45,805 nucleotides of DNA, taken from sequence record NC_073314.1; one strand, given 5' to 3'. Below the pieces are notes generated by a model, which had not been told where the DNA came from, made no database searches, and saw only the letters and a program-made list of their open reading frames with translations. This stretch comes from Escherichia virus fEg-Eco19. Positions 41,452 to 45,805 of the stretch are shown piece by piece. The translations under genes and the position numbers were made by a program. Numbering within the stretch: the stretch's first letter is position 1; each line of letters begins with the position of its first letter.

Positions 41452-43611
41452 AAATCCATCCCCTATTCTTTCGGGTATACGATATGTTCTCGGTACTACT
41501 TCGCCGTTAGCATCGCAACCAAGCATTAGTTCTCCATCTTTCAACATTTTATCAAGATGGGTGTTAGTCCCAGAGAAGTCACCGGAACGAGCCACTATCT
41601 GCTGCTGAGTAAAACCACGACCTGTATCATCTGACTGTTGCAGGTCTTCCAGTGCCGAAAGTATTGACTCCTTCCTTACCTCATCCCTGCCGCGTTTAAC
41701 TTCTTCCTTTACTTTTTGTTTACCTTCGTTAGTTAGCCCTTCTTCCCGCTCTTTCTCCTCGTCAGTTTTGAACGGCTCGAAGCCCCACGGCATCAGCACA
41801 AGAGCCTTGTGCGGTTCCGGCAGGTCGAGGTTTACGATTGTACCGTATTCCTCCGTGCTGCCCAGGAACTCAACCGCGCGGTATTCTTTCGGCGGCGGGG
41901 CTTCACGGAACTGTACAGACTCCAGCACCATGCCGACAGTTTTCTGTTGAGGTCCGTGTTTGAATTTCGAGTGGTATACATTTATCTGACGGTCGGTCGC
42001 GCGTTCGATTGTCAGTTCCACATCGACGCCCGCATACAGAGCGCCACTACCACGGGCTTTCTTTCCGCCCTTCGGCGTATGGTGAACAACCCCTACCGCG
42101 GCTTTAGTCGCGTCGCGTACTTCTTTCAGGATAGCGATAACTTTGCCCATACCGATTGCCGTTGATGAACTGTTCTCGTCGAACTTATCAATCGTCAGGG
42201 CCAGGGTCTGGTTAAGTGTGTCAAACGCAACCATGCCAATTGGTTCATCGCCCGCAGTTTCACGCATTATCTTAATCAGGCTTTTCAGTTTTCCGACTTC
42301 ACCCATATCGATGACGTGTACATAATCTTTACCCTCAACGCCGTATTTAGCCGCGAGTGCATCAATACGTGTACGTGTGGCTGCGCCACCTTCACCGTCG
42401 ATATAGAAATGGTGGCAACGCTGGGTATCCGCCCCCGCAAACCGGTATCCCGCCGCGCTAAGGTACATCATCCCCAGCGTATAGAACGATTTGTACGTGC
42501 CCGATTCCCCGACAATATCCCATATGCAATCCGACGGCATGTACCCTTCAACGACGAAATCAGCCTTTACCGGTTCCGGTAGCTCGTCCTCCTCTGAGTC
42601 ATCCTCGTCTTCCAGGTCGTCCAGGCTGCAAGTTACAGGATCCTCGTTCTCTGTGCGGTGTAGTTCTTCAATCTCTTCATCCGGTAAATCAGGCAAAGCA
42701 GCACGAATGCTGTTAATGCTAATAGGTTGCTTGTCTACGTTAAGCTCGTCCGGAAGGCCGCACATACGCAGGGCCAAATGTTGTCGGCGGTTAAGCTCGG
42801 TGCAGGCACCGTTGTTCGTATGCTGGCACACGAAGCGTACTTCTTTACCGTCAAGCATGATGCTGGTGGAGCCTTTGCCAGTGTGTAGATGTTCGTTAGG
42901 ACATGGCACTTCATACCCGCGCCCGGAAGATAGAGCGTCAAGACCAAGTTCCGCTTCGCAGAAATGCGCTATATCGGCGTTAAGCCCATGCTCATCTGCA
43001 GCAAGTGTCTTAGCTTCACGTTTACGCAACCCCATCTCTTCGGCTTTCTTGATGTACCGCTCTGCACTGATAACACGCCCTTCTGTGACCGTTATCTTCG
43101 ACTCTTTGTGCGGCAGGTAGATAAGGCGGTTACCGTCTTCTGTGCAGTGGTCGCGCAGCGCTTCGTCTATTCCTAACTCTGCGCAAATAGCCCGTTGCAC
43201 CATCCACGCGTCGTTAGATTTGAACGGAGTGCGAGCCGGAACCAGAACGCGGAAGGCGTAATCCCCGTTTTTACACGTGTGCTGGTGCGACGCCGTTGTA
43301 TGCAGAATATTGAAGAACGGTGCGTTCTTGAATTTGCGGGTAAGGTCGCGGTACTGAGTACGGTTTAGATGGTCGAAGTCGAACTTAACCACACTATCTT
43401 CCAGAATCGCGTTCTTACGGCGACCACCAACAGGCGCAATTGCTTTCTGCTTAATCTTGGCCGCGTCGTACTCTTCCTTAGTCCACGACGGGTCTACAGA
43501 CAAACGCTTCGATGTATCGCAGACATACTCTACGAACTGCTCCAGCGGCATTTCACGAGCTACAGGGTTTTTATCGAACGTGTTGCGCAGCGTTGCAAAA
43601 ACAATATTCAT
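41440..43611 (-). CDS. primase-helicase (zinc-binding N-terminal region, P-loop C-terminal domain)
   Basis: Cys/His cluster CPNEHLHTGKGS...FVCQHTNNGAC; P-loop VGESGTYKSF; 723 aa in replication module. Confidence 0.55.
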   Translation of the reverse strand: MNIVFATLRNTFDKNPVAREMPLEQFVEYVCDTSKRLSVDPSWTKEEYDAAKIKQKAIAPVGGRRKNAILEDSVVKFDFDHLNRTQYRDLTRKFKNAPFFNILHTTASHQHTCKNGDYAFRVLVPARTPFKSNDAWMVQRAICAELGIDEALRDHCTEDGNRLIYLPHKESKITVTEGRVISAERYIKKAEEMGLRKREAKTLAADEHGLNADIAHFCEAELGLDALSSGRGYEVPCPNEHLHTGKGSTSIMLDGKEVRFVCQHTNNGACTELNRRQHLALRMCGLPDELNVDKQPISINSIRAALPDLPDEEIEELHRTENEDPVTCSLDDLEDEDDSEEDELPEPVKADFVVEGYMPSDCIWDIVGESGTYKSFYTLGMMYLSAAGYRFAGADTQRCHHFYIDGEGGAATRTRIDALAAKYGVEGKDYVHVIDMGEVGKLKSLIKIMRETAGDEPIGMVAFDTLNQTLALTIDKFDENSSSTAIGMGKVIAILKEVRDATKAAVGVVHHTPKGGKKARGSGALYAGVDVELTIERATDRQINVYHSKFKHGPQQKTVGMVLESVQFREAPPPKEYRAVEFLGSTEEYGTIVNLDLPEPHKALVLMPWGFEPFKTDEEKEREEGLTNEGKQKVKEEVKRGRDEVRKESILSALEDLQQSDDTGRGFTQQQIVARSGDFSGTNTHLDKMLKDGELMLGCDANGEVVPRTYRIPERIGDGFVDM

Positions 43612-43734
43612 TTCTTTTTCTCCGCACGTTCTAAGGCTTCCTGCATACGGCGCATTGCGCGGTTCATCTTTACCGGTGCGAAGAAGTCAGCGCCGTGTTT
43701 CTGACGGCGTAGCTGTGGAACTATTAACTTCGTC
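43609..43734 (-). CDS. small basic protein (41 aa), coupled to primase start
   Basis: Translated by eye; stop overlaps primase ATG as ATGA. Confidence 0.25.
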
Positions 43735-43774
43735 ATTGTATAATCCTTGTGCTTACTTTGATGATTTGTGCTTT

Positions 43775-43806
43775 GCCCCGACGTTCTTGCGTTGGGGTTT
43801 CTTTTT
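43775..43806 (+). terminator. plus-strand intrinsic terminator inside a minus-strand operon
   Basis: GCCCCGACG-ttcttg-CGTTGGGG followed by TTTCTTTTT on the plus strand. Confidence 0.35.
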
Positions 43807-44095
43807 ACCGTTTAGCCAACTCTTCCAGCAAATTTTTATACTCTTCAAAATATTCCTCGACCAAATCATCGCCGAAATAGAAGTCGATATACTCGAGATT
43901 ATCTCTTACGTTAAGCGACGCCGACATGGTGCTTAGTTGACGTAAGCTAATTAGCTTCATTTCTGTTTCTACACAGAAAGGCCGGTAGGTATCGAGGTGG
44001 CAAGAGATGTTGAAGCATAAAGCGAACTCTCCCGCCACGGAGTGAACCATATACACTTCGTTTTCTGCTTTATTGTGGAAAATTACACCTTTCAT
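43805..44095 (-). CDS. hypothetical protein
   Basis: 96-aa ORF overlapping upstream gene stop. Confidence 0.4.
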   Translation of the reverse strand: MKGVIFHNKAENEVYMVHSVAGEFALCFNISCHLDTYRPFCVETEMKLISLRQLSTMSASLNVRDNLEYIDFYFGDDLVEEYFEEYKNLLEELAKR

Positions 44096-44274
44096 TTCAC
44101 ATTCTCCTTAATCCATTCTTCAACTTTATTACGGTCAAATGTACCTGGTAAACGGCGACCCATAACCTTAATACAACAATCAGGGAATTTACCACTGCGC
44201 AACCAGTTATTAATTGTCTGACGTGTTACCCCAATACGCTCGGCTACTTCATTCTGTGTCATGTAATGCTGCAT
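44092..44274 (-). CDS. AlpA/excisionase-type HTH regulator
   Basis: Internal ATG with AGGAGA RBS; MTQNEVAERIGVTRQTINNWLRSGKFP matches AlpA-family HTH. Confidence 0.55.
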   Translation of the reverse strand: MQHYMTQNEVAERIGVTRQTINNWLRSGKFPDCCIKVMGRRLPGTFDRNKVEEWIKENVK

Positions 44275-44305
44275 TTTTATATCTCCTGTTTGTTTGGTGA
44301 AACCG

Positions 44306-44334
44306 AGTATAGGATAGCGGGAATGTAAAAGCAA
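44306..44334 (-). promoter_or_regulatory. sigma70-like promoter TTGCTT-N17-TATACT (leftward)
   Basis: Read from reverse complement; ~30 nt upstream of the AlpA-like ATG. Confidence 0.4.
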
Positions 44335-44371
44335 CCAATCCATGCTATATTTAATCTTTACAAAAAAGTTA

Positions 44372-44401
44372 TTGAAAGTTCTTGACACATGTTTGTATAA
44401 T
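44372..44401 (+). promoter_or_regulatory. sigma70-like promoter TTGAAA-N18-TATAAT (rightward)
   Basis: Read directly; divergent from the leftward promoter. Confidence 0.4.
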
Positions 44402-44407
44402 GGTTTT

Positions 44408-44629
44408 GGGACTTGTATATATTACGGAGTTGACGAACCCTCCCCGAGGGATTCGTCAACCCCTCCCAGACAGCTGAGATGCTTGTTTTAGGGTTTAAGG
44501 ATAAGTGTATCTAAATCTCATTTAAAGAAGTAACCCACTGAAATATCTACTGTTTCTTAATGTGCCGTAGATTCGCAACCGTAAAAATGTAACGATTATT
44601 GGGCAGGCCTTAAGGCCTGCCCTTTAGTT
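44408..44629 (+). ncRNA. candidate small non-coding RNA / structured leader
   Basis: Promoter at ~44372-44401, 14-bp imperfect hairpin at ~44429-44460, then strong terminator at ~44601-44629; no ORF over 10 codons. Confidence 0.25.
44601..44629 (+). terminator. rho-independent terminator
   Basis: GGGCAGGCC-ttaa-GGCCTGCCC perfect 9-bp stem followed by TTTAGTT. Confidence 0.6.
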
Positions 44630-44694
44630 ACCAAGTAATAAGAATAAAGGCACAACCCTACCTGAAGAATCACAACGGCAACGTAACTATTTTC

Positions 44695-44723
44695 TTGCAC
44701 ACCCCAACATAATAGGATACTAT
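44695..44723 (+). promoter_or_regulatory. sigma70-like promoter (TTGCAC-N17-TACTAT class) with AATAG-N4-CTATT palindrome
   Basis: TTGCACaccccaacataataggaTACTAT, ~35 nt upstream of ORF start. Confidence 0.45.
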
Positions 44724-44757
44724 TCACTTATCGAAACGAGACAGATGAGTGAGGGTT

Positions 44758-45039
44758 ATGTTTAGGAAGGGTCAGTTGGTTAAAGTAAAAGGGGGCGAAG
44801 TGATGGAAGAATTAATTTGTGTGAAAAGTAAATTAGTTGAGTTCAAACCGGGGATTTCATATTCCGGATATTCAACCTCTGATTACGATTATGTTATCGA
44901 TGAAACCGGAAGCGAATGGGTAGTTGACCAGTTCGGCGACGACGAATTCGGGGTATTCGATGGTGGGCTGAAAGCCTCATTCACAACGGCATCGAATCAT
45001 GATGCTCGTGCCGACGACTCTGAGGGAGGTTGCCGTTAA
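44758..45039 (+). CDS. hypothetical protein
   Basis: Internal ATG of track ORF 44749..45039. Confidence 0.4.
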   Translation: MFRKGQLVKVKGGEVMEELICVKSKLVEFKPGISYSGYSTSDYDYVIDETGSEWVVDQFGDDEFGVFDGGLKASFTTASNHDARADDSEGGCR

Positions 45040-45236
45040 TGAGAATTCGAATAATTGATGTCGATTATGTGCTGCCGCCGGGGTATGGTGACCATTCTTT
45101 GCGCCACTTTGGTGTTTCGGTGGGCGATGAGTTCGAGGTTACGTCCAGTAATGATTACGGATGTACAGTCAAACATTGCGGAGAGGAACTGTACGTGCGT
45201 AGACGTGAATATGTAGTTCTGGGGACTAAGTTATGA
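45039..45236 (+). CDS. small hypothetical protein (tandem paralog A)
   Basis: MRIRIIDVDY...; shares MRIRI.D....FG.SVGD.F with next ORF. Confidence 0.4.
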   Translation: MRIRIIDVDYVLPPGYGDHSLRHFGVSVGDEFEVTSSNDYGCTVKHCGEELYVRRREYVVLGTKL

Positions 45237-45388
45237 GAATCCGTATAACTGACCGCAGGCTTATAGATTTCGGTATCTCGGTAGGTGATGTTTTTCTGGC
45301 GTTCAGCAGCAACCATTATGGTTTTATGATTGAGTACAAAGGGTCGTTATTGTTCGTGTATCGGGATGAATGCGAGGTTATGGTATGA
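45233..45388 (+). CDS. small hypothetical protein (tandem paralog B)
   Basis: MRIRITDRRLIDFGISVGDVF...; ATGA overlap. Confidence 0.35.
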   Translation: MRIRITDRRLIDFGISVGDVFLAFSSNHYGFMIEYKGSLLFVYRDECEVMV

Positions 45389-45528
45389 GAGAAGCATTTG
45401 AACGTTGGGCCGTCGTCGAGGGTCTGCCGGTTTACAAGGGTTCGAAGAAAGAGTACCTGAACGTTAAGACGCGTCTCGCGTGGCGGGCGTGGAAAGCTGG
45501 TGTGCAGTATGCGATGAATACGAGGTGA
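45385..45528 (+). CDS. small hypothetical protein (47 aa)
   Basis: Translated by eye; ATGA overlap. Confidence 0.3.
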   Translation: MREAFERWAVVEGLPVYKGSKKEYLNVKTRLAWRAWKAGVQYAMNTR

Positions 45529-45531
45529 GAT

Positions 45532-45717
45532 ATGGGTAAGTGGATTAAGTGTAGTGAGTGTATGCCTAAGCCTTATGAATACGTTCTTGTAACTGATGGT
45601 TTTGTCGGCTGTGAGGTTATGCGTGTTAATTCAGATGGCTACTGGGGGCCCGCAAAGAGTTTATATCATGGTGATATCACACACTGGATGCCGTTACCAG
45701 AGCCACCAGAAGTGTGA
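45532..45717 (+). CDS. DUF551-like small phage protein
   Basis: WIKCSECMPKPYEYVLV...ITHWMPLPEPPE matches the conserved pattern of this family. Confidence 0.45.
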   Translation: MGKWIKCSECMPKPYEYVLVTDGFVGCEVMRVNSDGYWGPAKSLYHGDITHWMPLPEPPEV

Positions 45718-45760
45718 TGTTATATTGTAACAATAGTTTGGGATTTTACTGAGTGACTTA

Positions 45761-45790
45761 CGCTGCTACCCAGCAGCGTATCATTTTTCT
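45761..45790 (+). terminator. rho-independent terminator
   Basis: CGCTGCT-accc-AGCAGCG followed by T-rich tract. Confidence 0.5.
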
Positions 45791-45805
45791 CATTTTTGTT
45801 CTATT

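Noticed and set aside
44412-44470. tRNA gene in the intergenic region (GGGATTCGTCAACCC resembling a T-arm)
   Set aside because: Could not fold a cloverleaf with acceptor stem, D-arm and anticodon arm by eye; no tRNA scan could be run.
1-45805. Lysogeny module, CRISPR array or terminal repeats
   Set aside because: No integrase or recombinase-like ORF seen, no short regularly spaced repeats, and the window ends do not resemble each other. The Cro-like and AlpA-like regulators alone do not imply a temperate lifestyle.

Overview
This window looks like a near-complete genome of a lytic, siphovirus-type dsDNA phage of an enterobacterial host; taxonomy cannot be confirmed without a database search. 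The plus strand carries, in order: small early genes, an HslV-like protein, holin/endolysin, terminase small and large subunits, portal, head-morphogenesis protein, scaffold, major capsid, head-tail joining genes, major tail, G/GT chaperone, tape measure, minor tail proteins and a tailspike with a C-terminal chaperone domain. A minus-strand replication module (34.0-44.3 kb) encodes VRR-NUC, family A DNA polymerase, SSB-like protein, Cas4-like exonuclease, a Cro-like regulator, primase-helicase and an AlpA-like regulator. Six HNH endonuclease genes are scattered through the genome. The most unusual features are an intein in polymerase motif B with an HNH endonuclease ORF encoded out of frame inside it, a recurring AATAG-N4-CTATT palindrome in at least eight promoters, a perfect 142-bp direct repeat flanking the cro-like gene, and AT-rich minus-strand cassettes inserted in the head and tail modules. 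All calls rest on reading the sequence and the ORF track by eye; no searches were run. Coordinates of CDSs come from the ORF track; promoter, terminator and repeat coordinates were counted by hand and may be off by 1-2 nt.
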